Positions 1 to 14,521 of a stretch of DNA of 64,000 nt are shown here, piece after piece. Source of the DNA: Octopus bimaculoides. Taxonomy: Eukaryota. The DNA lies in assembly GCF_001194135.2 (NCBI RefSeq), contig NC_068999.1, forward strand, positions 50,902,326-50,966,325. The letters are read 5' to 3'. The notes beneath the pieces are model-generated. The model ran no database searches. It had not been told where the DNA came from and was given only the letters and a program-made list of their open reading frames with translations. Positions within the stretch are counted from its first letter, which is position 1, and the number at the start of each line of letters is the position of its first letter. A program made the translations under genes and the position numbers.

Positions 1-79
1 AGACGACAGTGAGGAAGTTCTAAAAATTGATCTATTGATTACGATCTGGCTTTATATGGTCACACACCGACATAATATC

Positions 80-156
80 ACACACACATATATATATATA
101 TACATATGTATATACATACATTGATACAGACACATACAGGCACGCTCTTCTATGTG

Positions 157-205
<49 letters not shown>

Positions 206-421
206 GCACATGCATGAATACATATGTATACATATATGTGTATCTATGCAAATACATATTCACACACACAAGCACAAGCAAAATCATATATATATTCCTG
301 AATATATAATCTGGTACGACCACATATTCACATATGAATATATACACATGCGCAAACACGCAACTGTGTTGAAAAGTTTCTTATATGCATCCACACCTCA
401 AACGCACCCATATACACACAA

Positions 422-461
<40 letters not shown>

Positions 462-471
462 NNNNNNNNNN

Positions 472-513
<42 letters not shown>

Positions 514-650
514 TTAGATAGATATAGACATATATTCGTGTGTGTGCACGCGTATCTTTGCATGCATGCTTGTGGTTTGACTGAATCATTTGTGTCTATG
601 TGTATGTGTGTGTGTGTTTGTGTGTGTAGACATGAAATAAATATTTAAAC
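80..650. repeat. compound (CA)/(TA)/(TG) microsatellite region
   Basis: Dinucleotide runs are directly visible, with a 10-N gap at 462-471. Confidence 0.95.
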
Positions 651-1920
651 AGATATACACGTATATGTCTGTATAACTGTTTACATATCTGCAGACATAT
701 ACGTTTATAATCACAAACCGTGAATACTTTTACACATAATGTGGTATGTAATATTTGATCAATTCCTTCAGAATATAGTAGGCTCCAACTATTCGAAATA
801 CTATATATAGTATTATGCTCACTTTAAAATAGATTTGTCTTTATAAACGGATGTTATTTTTAGGTAACAGCAGCATCACTTTGATTTATTAGACTTCTAG
901 CCTCGCTGTTTAGCCATGCAAGAATTAATGCATCGTGACCCAGACTTATTTGTGATGCTTTATAGATAGTATTCTGACTTCGTGGCTCTATTCTAGAGAG
1001 CCGCCAGGGTTGCCATAATATTTGTAGCTTCGTTTGATCCCTTATTTCATTACATATTTGATTACAACCTCACGTTGTGGAGTTAACTTCCAGTTAGAAA
1101 GGAAAACTGCAATATGTTTGTGATTTACAGTAGACCCATTCCTCTGTTTATCTCATTAGTTATAAATGAAAAATACCTTATTTCCATAATTTCGCTCATC
1201 TTTTTTTTTTTTTTTTACTTATCGTCTTCTTCAAATCCGAGAATTGTTGCAGTTGAGAAAATTCTTTTATATAATAAATAAAGCTGTACTATTGATGTGG
1301 TAGAATTCTTTCGGATGAATTCGTTCACTGTGAAAAGCACTAACATCGGTAAATCATACAGTTTACTATGTAGTACACAAAGCCTTCAGCGGTAATTATC
1401 ATGTTCTACCTACATCAATACAACTTGCAGAAACATAATGGAAATATTTTGTAAAGATTATTTTTCTTTTATTTTTTTTCTTTCGTATAAGGCTTCTACA
1501 TATTTTAATGGAAATTCGTCAGCAAGAAAATAGTATTAATAGATAAAAAGAGATACAAAATAGTACTTTTGACACTCCAAGGGTTTCCTGCATGTAGTAT
1601 GTTAATCTTCTGAATTGAAAAGATGGAAGTCTGTGGAAACGCTCATGTATGCTTAAAAAAAAAAAAAGAGATGAAGCAACGCGGTAGAAACAAGTGGCTG
1701 CAGCAAGGTAACAATGGCCATGCTACAGATTTAGCATAATATAAACATATGTGTACTGTGATGCTGCTCTCTAAATTTCCAATTAAAATAGTAATTCAAT
1801 ATAGTTTTTTTTTTTTGTGAAATGGGGATCTCAAATTTATTAGGAGAATGCAATATGATGTTTTTAGGCAACAAAGTCACATTGAATATGAAGTTTATTA
1901 TATTTTAGGTTAATTTGTTT

Positions 1921-2080
1921 TATTTAGAGGGTATTTTGCCTGTCACTACGTTCTGAGTTCGACTTTGCCTTTCATCCTTCAGGGTCGATAAAATTAGTAC
2001 CAATTATACACTGGGGTCGATGTAATCGACTTAATCCCGTCCCCCCAAATTTGAGGCCTTATGCTACCAGTAGAAAGGAT
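1921..2080 (+). mobile_element. tRNA-derived SINE family A, 5'-truncated copy
   Basis: It matches the body and tail of the copy at 6262-6455 (CTACGTTCTGAGTTC..GACTTTGCCTTTCATCC..AGTACC..CTGGGGTCGATGTAATCGACTTA), with a short internal deletion. Confidence 0.8.
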
Positions 2081-5070
2081 CATGTACCCACGCTATCCTC
2101 TAAGAAAAATTAATATATCCATCGTAAACAGATCATCAATGACGAACAAGTCAAAATATTTCACCCCAAACTATCTATATACCAAAATAGCAATCTTTAT
2201 TCACAAATCATTCACTGATATTCGAGGCTTCTGTTTATAATGACGGATTCATAGAATTTTTTGAAAGACAATATTTATATGAAGTGTTGTGTTCTATAAG
2301 CATGCAAAATACTTCATTACTTGTAACATTTGACTATTTCTAACATCAGAAAATATCTAGCAATCATTTCTTACATAAATACAAAACTAATACAGAGTAG
2401 CCATTAATATATTTGAACTATTTTCTGCTTAACCGAAGAGAAATAATAATTTTTTTAAGTATTTGTGGTTGTTTTTGTCTGGCCCTAAGTATGTTCCGAT
2501 CAATATCTGAGACCAAGCACCATCCAGCTTTCATCATCCGGTATTTCGTGCGCTACAGTTCACATAGGCACAAATTATTACACCTGTCCTTCTCAACTAA
2601 GCTAGTAAAATGTGATATTCGGAGGATTTTATGGTTTCATGGTTACTTCTCGTAAATTAAATGACCATGTAGAGCCTCAATTTATGGTTACTTGTTGCAG
2701 GTATTTTTGAATAATATAGTTATTTTACTTCGTTTGGAATAGCTAGCAACTTATTTATTGCTGATAGAGCATTGTATCCAAAGACGAAAATGCTTATATC
2801 TAGATAGCTTCATGCTATGAAGACTGATATATCCTCTTTCAAGTCTGATATAATATTTACTGCATTTATATCTGAAATCAACGACTTGTACTGACATGCG
2901 ATCTCTATTTTTCGACCAAAATAATATCAGTGTTTTATCGAATGACTTACCAACTCCAATTACTGCATCACCTCAGGTTGTCTTTCTTTTAAATCAGTGA
3001 GCCTAAAATTGCAAATTATTCGTTTTACTACTCTTAAAAAACAAAATTATAACTTAATTTCTGAGGTGTCATTTATGCTTCTTCAAATGATTTTAAAAGT
3101 GTACTTGTAATGAAATAGTTTGAGCACGCTACGAAATTTATAGCTCGTCCTACTCCGCTTCTATTCGCTAATGCTACTTAACTGTCACCTTTATGGGTAT
3201 AAAATTTGCAGATGAAATGATTTCATATAAATTAGGTTTCCATTGAAGCCTGACCGTCAAACCGACTTTATAACAACTAATACCATATTATCACCTTGTA
3301 ACTGTAACCTCTGTAATTTAGCTATGTGACGAGAAACGTATTATTTTTGTTATTTTCAAACAAATCTTAAACTGGTTTCATTTATTGTACCGAGGCCATG
3401 GTTTGGCAGCAATTTAAATAGGTTTTAGTCAATTATATTGAATGTAATAATATGTGGTACTTTTTCATCGTTCTTGTGAGACATGAAATGCAAAATCAAT
3501 ATTCGTATAAAGAGAGTTTATTCAGATGCTGTTCAATAGCCCAGAGAATCTCTCCTGGAAGGTACGACTTATTATGTTGTCAGATAAATTCGTTCATTTC
3601 TTTCCAATGTTATATGAATTAACACGAAAATTATTTTTAGCGTAGGGTTTTATTTTTATTTTTATCTTTTTGTTTTTGTAGCTATAATCTTCTTCAACGG
3701 ACGTTTGATTATTGTTTTTTCAAATTCCAATAATTTTTTCTTCATTTCATACATATGATGATGGATAATTGTACATGGGAAGTAAAAGCAAATCTGTGCA
3801 AAAGCAACCAATGCCAATATTCAATATATTATATATAATTTTTAGGACTGGACATGTCTTCCATAGACGTAGCCTTGTAGCTATATTAGGACAATATCAC
3901 CATCAGATGTGGCAGGCGCTCGGCTATGTGCACCGCAAGCACACGAAGAAACCAACTAGAGTCTTCTTTGAATAGAGTAGAAGCCGACAAGGGATAGTAG
4001 AAACGAATTAGGTCTGTGAAAATATATTTGAGGCTTGTGGAGAGGTATTCGAGCAGATGTGGTCCGGGCCAAGAAGCAGAATCGTAAGAAGTCTTGTAAC
4101 CTTACTCGTTGGAGAGTTCCCAACAGCGTAAGGTCCAAGGGAGAAGGAAGAAATAAGGCTAGGATGAATTTTAAATTAATTGTTGGGTATGTATTAATTG
4201 TCCCCTTATATGGTTCTTTAAATAATGGGCACTAATATTTCTTATTCCTTCATTGGACGTTTGTGCGTATTAGCTTCAATATTTCGATTGCAAAGTTATA
4301 TACAGTGATGAACACACACATACGTTTACACACACACACACATTTCAAATCTATGCTGTAATATTCTTTCCCAAACTGCCACACTGTGTCATTGAACAAT
4401 AATCTATTTGCATTTGAATCAAACTTTCTTAAACACACTAACTCTTGCACCACAATTGAACACGAAAGCAAAGAACACAAGCTTTCAATGGGGCATTGAC
4501 GTCATATGGCATTCCCTTTATCCATTAACGACGTATACGAATATGAATGTATGGACTTCCCATAATTACCTCGATATTCACCGAAGTCTTTTCCTGAAAT
4601 AAAGCATGGTGTATAGCGGCCAAATAAATAACACATGTTGTGTACTGACCTTCCATGGCAGACTGATTTTCATTTTACTATAAGAATTTGAACTCTGATC
4701 ATCAGATTAAACTCTTGTTAGTTCTGCGATATCACCGACACCGCGAGTGGATATTATGACAGGCCTATTGTGGTTACTTACAGTTACATAAAATAGCTAA
4801 TTATGATGCACGAATGAAGAAGTCTCAACGCTATGGACAGCATACTAGAAACAGCAGCAAAACTAGTCTCAAATCTTATCATAGCGTTTCAAAAACGGTA
4901 GGGCATTGTATAATGTAGTTTTGTTTGTATTTGAAAATTCGGCTTGTCATGATTAGAAAGAAATTTGACGATTTATCTTCTCTTGTAAGGCCGACGAGGA
5001 ACTAAAAATAAAAGGAAACAAACCGGTGCCAATATGTTACTTCAAATTTTGGTACAAAGTTAGCAGTTTA

Positions 5071-5260
5071 TTGTTATGGGGTTGTTTTTAGTCGATTACA
5101 TCCACCTCGATATTTGACTGGTACTTTATTATATCGACTTCGAAAGGAGAAAATGCAAATTTGAACTCGATACTGTTCGAACTCAGAACAGAAAGAGCAG
5201 CACGAAATTAGCCAAGAATTTCTGTCCGACACGCTAACGGTTCCTTTAGCTCGCCGCCTT
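5071..5260 (-). mobile_element. tRNA-derived SINE family A
   Basis: The reverse complement starts AAGGCGGCGAGCTAAAGGAACCGTTAGCGTG and contains TTCTGAGTTCGAAC and the GTACCAG..GATGTAATCGACT tail. Confidence 0.8.
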
Positions 5261-6261
5261 ACATTTTAGCAATTATTAAGTGTATTTTTACATAAAGAGA
5301 ATGCAGTCACTGTTCACGAATTAGCGTCTTTTCTTCTAGTTGTTGTGAGTCTCTAATAAATTCAATTGAGATAAAGTTCGAAAACATGAAAAAAAAAAAA
5401 AAAGAAGTGCATTTAATCACGTTTATTATCGAAAAGTTTCATATAACGGAAAAACACGATTCGAATATGAATTTATTAACTCACTAATGAAAGTGCGAGA
5501 CCTTGGAAAAGCTTTCATATCAATAAGTGAAGTAAATATTTGTTACAGATTGTCTGTAATTTTAAAATAAGCTGTAAGTCTAGAATCTAGAATATTATTG
5601 ACACACCTAGTGAGCTGTTTACGGCGGATATTAAAGCTTTGGGTTAGTCACCACTTCATAGCGGCTATATTTTAGATGTTATCCATCACAAGTTCACCTT
5701 TAACTTTGCGTCATGTGTTCACTAAACAATACCATAGAAAATAAGCTCTGTAACCCGTAATATTGTTTCTCTTTTACTTTTACTCTCCGGCGAAATGAGA
5801 ATATAAAAATATATATAAAAAAAGAAATCAATCACGTTAGGCATTGATGTTATTGCATTTTAGAAATCATTTTTACAGATATAATACTTCCTAGGTTTTG
5901 TAGCAGTGTTTTAATATTGCTGGAATTCAAAAGATTCTTATTTTGTTTTTTAAAAAAAGCAGAAAGAAGAAAAGCACACTGTTCGTATATTACGTTATTT
6001 ACTACGTCAGGGCACAGAAGAAGAAGAGGTAAACGTTTTCGCACAAATTGTCCGTGATCTAGTTTCATCTATCAGCTGAAGTTAGGTCATATGACCACTA
6101 CTGCCAATGGCAGGCTATGATACGACTATAGCACACAATCTTCAGATCTACAATTTAACTCTTTTCATATTAGTACTTACTTATTGCTTCAATTATTATA
6201 TTTGGTTGTTGAAGTTCCTTGGTTTTAAGAAAAGATCTCAGCTAAAATCATCATTTTTACT

Positions 6262-6455
6262 CTCTTGAAAGTTTTGGGGAGCGGGGCCAGTCGCTTAGAT
6301 GACTCCAGTACTAAACTGGTACTTAATTAATCGGCCCCAAAAGGACGAAAGGCAAAATCGACCTCGGTGAAATTTGAACTCAGAGCATAGAGACAGACGA
6401 AATACCGCTAAGCATTTCGCCCGGCGTGCTAACGTTTCTGCCAGCTCGCCGCCTT
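6262..6455 (-). mobile_element. tRNA-derived SINE family A, best-preserved copy
   Basis: The reverse complement reads GGCGGCGAGCTGGCAGAAACGTTAGCACGCCGGGCGAAATGCTTAGCGGTATTTCGTC..CTGAGTTCAAATTTCACCGAGGTCGATTTTGCC. It has A-box-like and B-box-like (GAGTTCAAATT) motifs and recurs several times in the window. Confidence 0.88.
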
Positions 6456-7446
6456 GGAACAGCTAAACTAATACCACCTCGATGTAAGTGCGTTGCATAA
6501 ATCCTATTTAGACTTGCGCAGGAGCTCTGTATTACACTGCTCATATAAATTTCAATCAATAATAATAATTATTATAATTCTTAGCTGCAACTATAGCATA
6601 TGAAATTTTAAAAATGCGTGATCGAAATACCAACGAGGTTGATGACTATGATATTAAGATGAGTAAAAAATATAAAGAAACCAATTTTCTGAACAGACCT
6701 CCCACTGTGTAGTTATGCTAATACACTTATAAGAAAAAAACCAAGTTATACAAAATGTAGCATATTTTATGTAATTCTTTTTAAGAATACATTTCTACTT
6801 TAACGCAAATATATTAGAAATATATTATTATGAAGAATTAACTCCATAATTCAAGTAAGCAAGGAATTCATTTTATCAATATACTAGTTAAGAATATTAA
6901 TATCTTCGTTCTAGCGGGATTTTTTCCTGGTTGGTAGAATGAGTACCAAACATGTGCATTAATAGTCTCTTACGTTGGTTATGTAATTACCCAAAGAGAA
7001 CTTGAACGTTGGAATTCGAGGTAAAAGGGCAGAATGGCTTAAGCAGGAATTCACATCGGATCAAACATTTGAGAAGAACTGTAACGCAGGTGTTTTCTCT
7101 CTCTCTCTCTCTCTCTCTNNNNNNNNNNNNNNNNNNNNNNNNNNNNNNNNNNNNNNNNNNNNNNNNNNNNNNNNNNNNNNNNNNNNNNNNNNNNNNNNNN
7201 NNNNNNNNNNNNNNNNNNNNNNNNNNNNNNNNNNNNNNNNNNNNNNNNNNNNNNNNNNNNNNNNNNNNNNNNNNNNNNNNNNNNNNNNNNNNNNNNNNNN
7301 NNNNNNNNNNNNNNNNNNNNNNNNNNNNNNNNNNNNNNNNNNNNNNNNNNNNNNNNNNNNNNNNNNNNNNNNNNNNNNNNNNNNNNNNNNNNNNNNNNNN
7401 NNNNNNNNNNNNNNNNNNNNNNNNNATATATATATATATAAGATCG

Positions 7447-7827
7447 TGGGACCCAATGGCCCAGTGATTAGGGTTAGGGCAGCGGACACGCGGTCGTAGG
7501 ATCGCGGTTTCGATTCCCAAACCGGGCGTTTTGAGTATTTATTGAGCGAAAACACCTAAAGCGCCACGAGGCTCCGGTAGGGGGTGGTGGTGAACCCTGC
7601 TGTACCACCACAACTTTCTCTCACTTTTTCTTCCTGTTTTTCTTGTACTTTTATTTCAAACGGCCAGACTTGTCACACTCTATGTCATGCTGAATCTCCC
7701 CAAGAGCTACATTAAGGGTACACGTGTCTCTGGAGTGCTCAGTCACTTGCACATTAATTTCACGAGCAGGCTGTTCCGTTGATCGGATCAACTGGAACCC
7801 TCGTCATCGTAACAGACGGGGTGCCAC
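7447..7827 (+). mobile_element. tRNA-derived SINE family B (~380 bp), apparently full length
   Basis: The head has TGGCCCAGTGATTAGG (A box) and GGTTTCGATTCCC (B box). The 3' ~200 bp is closely matched by the reverse complement of 18920-19133. Confidence 0.85.
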
Positions 7828-10279
7828 GACGATACATTAGATCCATTCAGAAGGTCTTTCTACTCACAAAAAATTGTTATTCTTGGCTGTCCTGATTTCA
7901 CTATTGTTTAGTATGCGTTTCAGATCCTTTGACGGAATGATTTAAATTCTTTTATTATGCAAAACACTGTGAAGTAAGCAAATCATTTACAATATTTTTA
8001 TTTTTTCCATTAAAATGATAATTCCCCGTTTGGTTCTATGTCGAATCACTGTTCTTTCTGAACCAGTTTAAGATGTTTATTGATTTTCGCAACCAAAATA
8101 TGAGATAGACTACAAGTTTGTTTGGTATTGACGCAGTACTAAAATTGGTTTCGTAAATATCATAAACGTTGTCTCTTTTAAGTGAGGGATGATGGTAAGC
8201 ATTCCAGCTGTGATCGTTCCAAATTTTGTTTCAGTTATATGGTATCTTGGTGTATATTATTCATTTTTCAAAGACAGTAATATATGATTTAAAGGAAATT
8301 TAACTATTCGAGCAAAACTTTATGCATCTTTGTTAGCTCTACAAAAGAACTAGTTACCATTGAAAGACTTGAATATAAACATTGACCTCACCCCATGAAA
8401 AAGAAAAACACTACCCATTGTTATAAAGGTTAGTTTATAAATCACATGTTTTGTTCTTTTCTTTGATATAATGACAAGACTGCTGATTTTATTGAAAAGA
8501 AATAACGTAAACGTTTCACTTATTTTTCAAGAGTAATTGGGAAATAAAATTAAATTGAATTACTACATCCAAGAGCCTGAACCGTATTGAAACTGTACTG
8601 GAATCTAGCCATTAAAGTAAATAACATTTAATGAGAAAAAAAGCAGCACTCTTGAATGGATTCTAAACAAAAACTCAACTTATTTCCATTAAGCATATTC
8701 AGGTTCGCATCTGTTTTTCTGGCAGTTGTACCAGTATTTAATGAGAAACGGGACAATTACCTTTAAAGGAGGCAATTAAGTATAAAACATTTAACGGATC
8801 GGTAGCTAAGCCAATATAGATTTGTACTTGCAAACCAGATCGGAAGCAAGCACTCATTTAGTCAGGCAATAATTATTGTCTATGAGATTCTCTCCCACTC
8901 TGGTACAGAGACGAGAGCGAAACATATGGTACCAAGGCAGAAACGTCCTGTAAACCACTGAGCAGTCTCTAGCGATAAACAATTTTGATCAAGTCGAGTC
9001 AAGTGTGCGCTGAAAGCAGCTGGTAACAGAGACTACATCATTTCACTTGAATAATTGTGATACAAACTGAAATCAATACACGCCGAAGTCAATTGTTTAC
9101 TGTCTCTAGTTACGGTTGAATTGCTACTCTGTAAATTATGGTGTGTGATTATATACGCTTTTAATTTTACATGGAGTATACTACTATAGAGAGACATAAT
9201 GGACACATGCAGTAACTAAATAAGAACAAATTCTATACGACAGCGACGCCAGATTTATTGGTTGTGTGTTCGTGTCCAAGCTTCATTAAGATGACATGTC
9301 AAGGGGAAATAAACGAATGTCTTCCGATTTCTGTTCACGCAGTTTAAAAGTTTCATTATATATATTTTCATTACATGCACTTAATTACTATGTGAGAAAC
9401 CAGTTTTATATACCTTAGATATAAGTAAGCAATTCGATTTTCCGTTATCTCGCTTATAATTTAATCAATCAATAATACTAGTTATGGGAAACATCTGCTT
9501 AGTCAACAAACTGCAAGAAATAGCAACCATATCTTACTGAAAGCACAACGTACTGTCTTGTATAAAGAAGCACTCGACGAATATTCGGACATCGGAGAGC
9601 TGATAACTCTAAAATGATGCGAAAGCCATCAATCTCATCTCATAAGTTTAACCCAATATGATTGAAAGAAGGTTAAGCAACAAAATCTACAGCATTAAAC
9701 ATAAGGATACATATTTCTCTGTTTATTACAGTCATCTCAATTCCTTAGTGAGATGTGAATTTAACCCGCTTTGAATATAATATAGTAATCGTTATCTCAA
9801 TGCAACCAGTTACCCTAAATCGTGCACTTTATCTCATTCATCTCATTAGATGAGTTTCAGTTCATTCATTAATAATTTATTTTATCCAGTAGTCGCAATG
9901 AAAACGCAAATTACTGGATCAATAAAATGCTGGACAATCAGTTTAGCAGTTCAGCATTGTATTGTATTGCCACTTGAGTTATGATAAGTTATCTCAAAAA
10001 CACTGACGAATCATTATATTCAATCTATGTGCTAAGTAGGAACCACAGGTTACAGTGGATCATGTTTGAATCAACATAGATCTTAAGAGATGACACAAAG
10101 GCTATACAACCCAGTTGAAACCATCAGTAAAAGCAAAAAAGTCGACGTTAGCTAATAGTGAAGCCTATCAAGTTTTTTTTTTTATAAGCATAGGCTTACG
10201 CTCTTGTAAGTCTACAATTTCGTCATCTTCTGGGGTACAATTTTATTCCTCACGCAATATCAGAGGAAACAGAAATATA

Positions 10280-10770
10280 TTTGTCAGAAGACATGGCACC
10301 CACCGAATAGAAACCTTCATCACGCCATGTTCATTGGGCACAATATTCTCAACTTTCTCATGAGATAGGCTAATAGCATTTGCTATTTGATTCATAGTCA
10401 ATCGCCTGTCATCCATCTGCATATAATGAATAAAATCAACGTTTTCCTTGGTAGTGACAGTTGTAGAACGATCAGGCTTTGGAGCTTCTTCAAGGCTCTC
10501 CCTTCCCCTCCTAAATTCAGCTACGTACGTCGGTACTATTGAAAAGCTGGAGCATCGTTCAACAATGTAACAACCATGTCAACATGAATGCACTTGAGGT
10601 CCAAACCCATTTTCATATGGTTCGTGATAACACCACGATGTCAAATTTTGGTAATTTTCAAGAGAAATTGCTACCAGTTATATTTAGCGCTTCTCTGAAT
10701 ATTCAGACATCATATTATCTGAAAAGAAAAAAATTGCAGTAACTAATAAGAAAGGTTGAAAGTAATGCGT
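10280..10770 (-). mobile_element. mariner transposon 5' fragment (HTH region), decayed
   Basis: Minus-strand translation reads KI*HRGVI..GLDLKCIHVDMVVTLLNDAPAF..AEFRRGRESLEEAPKPDRSTTVTTKENVDFIH..DDRRLTMNQIANAISLSHEKVENIV..MKVSIRWVPCLLT, ending at the mariner WVPxL linker motif. It is the same family as 45510-46020. Confidence 0.88.
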
Positions 10771-10839
10771 GCAAGATTTCAGAGCTCCAACATCATTTCT
10801 TCATAGCGTACGGTCTTTCCAGCTTACCTTCATATGTGT

Positions 10840-10857
10840 ATGCGTACACACACACAC

Positions 10858-10893
<36 letters not shown>

Positions 10894-11330
10894 NNNNNNN
10901 NNNNNNNNNNNNNNNNNNNNNNNNNNNNNNNNNNNNNNNNNNNNNNNNNNNNNNNNNNNNNNNNNNNNNNNNNNNNNNNNNNNNNNNNNNNNNNNNNNNN
11001 NNNNNNNNNNNNNNNNNNNNNNNNNNNNNNNNNNNNNNNNNNNNNNNNNNNNNNNNNNNNNNNNNNNNNNNNNNNNNNNNNNNNNNNNNNNNNNNNNNNN
11101 NNNNNNNNNNNNNNNNNNNNNNNNNNNNNNNNNNNNNNNNNNNNNNNNNNNNNNNNNNNNNNNNNNNNNNNNNNNNNNNNNNNNNNNNNNNNNNNNNNNN
11201 NNNNNNNNNNNNNNNNNNNNNNNNNNNNNNNNNNNNNNNNNNNNNNNNNNNNNNNNNNNNNNNNNNNNNNNNNNNNNNNNNNNNNNNNNNNNNNNNNNNN
11301 NNNNNNNNNNNNNNNNNNNNNNNNNNNNNN

Positions 11331-11362
<32 letters not shown>

Positions 11363-11415
11363 TGTGTGTGTGTGCGTGTGTGTGTGCGTGTGTGTGTGTA
11401 TGTATATATGTATAT
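10840..11415. repeat. (CA)(TA)-gap-(TG) microsatellite
   Basis: Directly visible, flanking the gap at 10894-11330. Confidence 0.95.
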
Positions 11416-12024
11416 ATCACGAAAGCGAAGAACAAGAAAAAGCAAGAAAGCAACAGGGTTGGACAGATAGTGTATTAGTTTAACACATTGAAAAATTTGA
11501 GAAAGTGTCTACACTTTTCAGAGGCTAGTTCTTCATCAGAAGTAAAACAGGCACAAAAGTTAAATATAAGGAGAAAGTGCATTAGAAAATATTGATGGAA
11601 TGAAAAATTATTTAAAGATGCGAGCAAGATGATAAGGGATTAGACGGTATTGCAAAAATACGGGTTGCAATAGGTAGGGAGAGTGTGTGTCGATGTATTG
11701 AGAAAGCCAAGAGGAAAGTATGTTTATGTGTATAGGGTTGTGCGAGAGTAAGAGTGTGTAGTAGTAGTAGTAGTAAAGCGAGGCACTGAAAAATGAACTC
11801 AATACTTCAAAGTCTTGCAATGGACAATCATCAGTCTTTGTATTAGAAAAATTCAAAAGACGGCAGGAAAAAACTATTCATGTAATTGCTTTCAATTCTG
11901 AAGCAATATAAATTTGTTATAAAATCCTCTTAATGCGCTGAGTTCTTCCATCTGGTGAGTTCATTACTTCCGTTGTACATAACACATTTTGAAGATCTAT
12001 CTATCTATCTATCCCCCCTCTCTA

Positions 12025-12115
<91 letters not shown>

Positions 12116-12150
12116 ACATACGCATACAGACCCATATATATATATATATG
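12025..12150. repeat. (CT)n(TA)n microsatellite
   Basis: Directly visible. Confidence 0.95.
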
Positions 12151-12469
12151 TATTTGAACGTTTGTGCCATGCATGGTGAAATTTGCTTAAAGTACATAAG
12201 CAGTTAAAAGATGTATTGAAAGATATATCAATTTATTTCGTGGTTTAATCGAATTGCAAGTAAAGTGTGCTTGGCAATGTGGCATTAATTGTTTAAAGTG
12301 ATTGAATGGTCTGGCAGTCAAGACAATCCAGTACAGACTTGTTATTAAATCTGTAGCAAACACATTGTGTCATGAGACAAACATCTTTCTGCGTCTCCAT
12401 TCGTGTGTTGCTATATATTTCAATTTGAATGAACGCAGGTACATACGTTTGCTCATTTACACGCACATA

Positions 12470-12471
12470 CG

Positions 12472-12560
<89 letters not shown>

Positions 12561-12570
12561 CTATATATAT
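12470..12570. repeat. (CA)n microsatellite
   Basis: Directly visible long, near-perfect run. Confidence 0.97.
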
Positions 12571-14475
12571 TTAAACTAAAAAAGAGAGAAGAGAGAGATA
12601 ATTATATATCTATCTGTATGTATTAGAATAACACCTACGAAAATGTTATAAGCAAAACATTCAAAAGAGATGTTTCAAGAATTGAATCACTACTACTATC
12701 CACGACTCTAAATGTCATCCCATAAATAATGCGGTTTTTTATACTTCTTATATTTTTGAAAATTCAGATAGACAAAGTTCTTTTTAATCTAAAATATGCT
12801 ATCTTTCATTATCTACAATGCTCTTCCATCTATCTGGTAGACTTGGAAGGCCCCTCTCCCCTAAAAAACTTGTCCTTGAAGAAAAATACTCCTCTAAGAC
12901 TCTTCTGTTTTTCTGTCCGAATTATTTCGAAGACTGTATAGTAACTCTAATTTATATTCGTATTTACCACAGATTTCATATTTCCAATACGATAATTGCA
13001 AGATGTTCGTATTTTTATCATGAGGATGCAATATACCGGTGTGTGTTAATATCTATTTATAGCAAACGTGACCAACTTGATTAAGGAATGCATTACAGTC
13101 AGAATTCGAATTTTTCACCAGAAGATTTATAGACCATCTCACAGTTGTACATTGCTGTTTGTCCAAAATCCACAACTTGGACTATATGAAATCAGTAAAT
13201 GTTGTCTGTATGTTTATTTAAGCACCATCCTGTGTTATAGATGTTATCTTCCGCTTGAGTTGCACATTTGAAATGAATTTCAATAAAGTATAGGGGTGTT
13301 GTCCACTAATGTTTTCCTACCTAGTTTTCTCTTCTGTTTTATGATGCAGTGTTTTGAAATTGCTTCTTGGTGGAAGCGGAGTTTTAGAAGATAGGCCACA
13401 AATGACATTATCTGCCGTCGACTAGTAATGCTCTTACAAGGTATTACATAGAACAACGAGAATCTGCAAGGCAAGAGACCACACAACTAGTCACTCAAGG
13501 AACACATCACACTTTCCGCACCAACGGCGAAATAGAAATTTTGCAGTGAGTTACAGAGATAACACAGTAAATAAATAATCCGATATTTTAGTAAAATATC
13601 GTTAAAAAACAGCAACCCTACATATTAAATCAAGAAACCGAAAGAGAACCTTATTGATCAACTGAATGTTAACAAAATACGGACCAATTGGAAGTCACAG
13701 TATATAGTCTCGTGATACTGAATGTCAACTGTAATTGTAGGACAATGTGGTTGATATGCTATCAACGAAGGCGATTCCGGTGTTCAATTTGATGTAATGG
13801 AAACAATGTAAAAATAATCTATATAAAGGCACTCGGGGACAGTCACATATGTAAAGAAAGAAACGCAGAAAGAAACTGTGAGAGAAAGTGAGAGAGACAG
13901 GTAGGCAGACAAAGAGAAAAAGAGAAAGAGAAAGTAGAGGATGGGAGAAAGAAAGAATTTAACGACATTAATTTACTAATCTCTACATAGCTTCATACAT
14001 CCGGAATGAATTAATACAGATCGGAACGAATAGCTTTCAACTGATTAGATTGAGGATTTAATTGTTTTCTTGTTTCTTATAATGGAGAAATAATCAACAT
14101 TAAATCTCACACTAACAAGTTTGCCTACCTCATCATCATCACAATTCTACTTACTCTTATATTTGATTTTCTTCATTTATTTCTGGTGGAGGATTGGCCA
14201 ATAATTGTTGCATGTCCCTATTTTCTAGCTTTCATTCTGTTGTTGTATCGTTTGTATATGTATTATAAAAGAAAAAAGAATAAAAAAAACATTCTGTCTG
14301 CCCTACTTTCTGCGGTAATGCAGAAAATAGGACAGATTATATTGCACCCAGTTGTGTGATAAATAATTTTTATCGTTGAAGTGAAATACGGATTCAATGT
14401 GATTTACATTCTTTCAATGCATGGAATATGTTTACTGGTCCCACAGCAGTACACACATCACCTCTGTGTGTGTAC

Positions 14476-14521
<46 letters not shown>

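Noticed and set aside
32-648. ORFs rich in IY, HT or CV repeats, here and throughout the track
   Set aside because: They are translations of (TA)n, (CA)n and (TG)n microsatellites, which lack stop codons.
6380-6455. tRNA-like heads (also 7447, 41243, 46290 and 59199) as tRNA genes
   Set aside because: They have A/B boxes but no full cloverleaf, and they continue into shared SINE bodies.
6987-7555. Long poly-X ORFs (also at 10.8, 23.6, 33.7, 35.3, 52.6, 54.6 and 61.5 kb)
   Set aside because: They are open only because they cross N gaps.
11410-11850. Possible Penelope-like terminal fragment (also short CTGA..GAAACC motifs near 23600, 32320 and 32880)
   Set aside because: There is only a vague CTTCATCAGA-type signature, with no RT or GIY-YIG peptide to support it.
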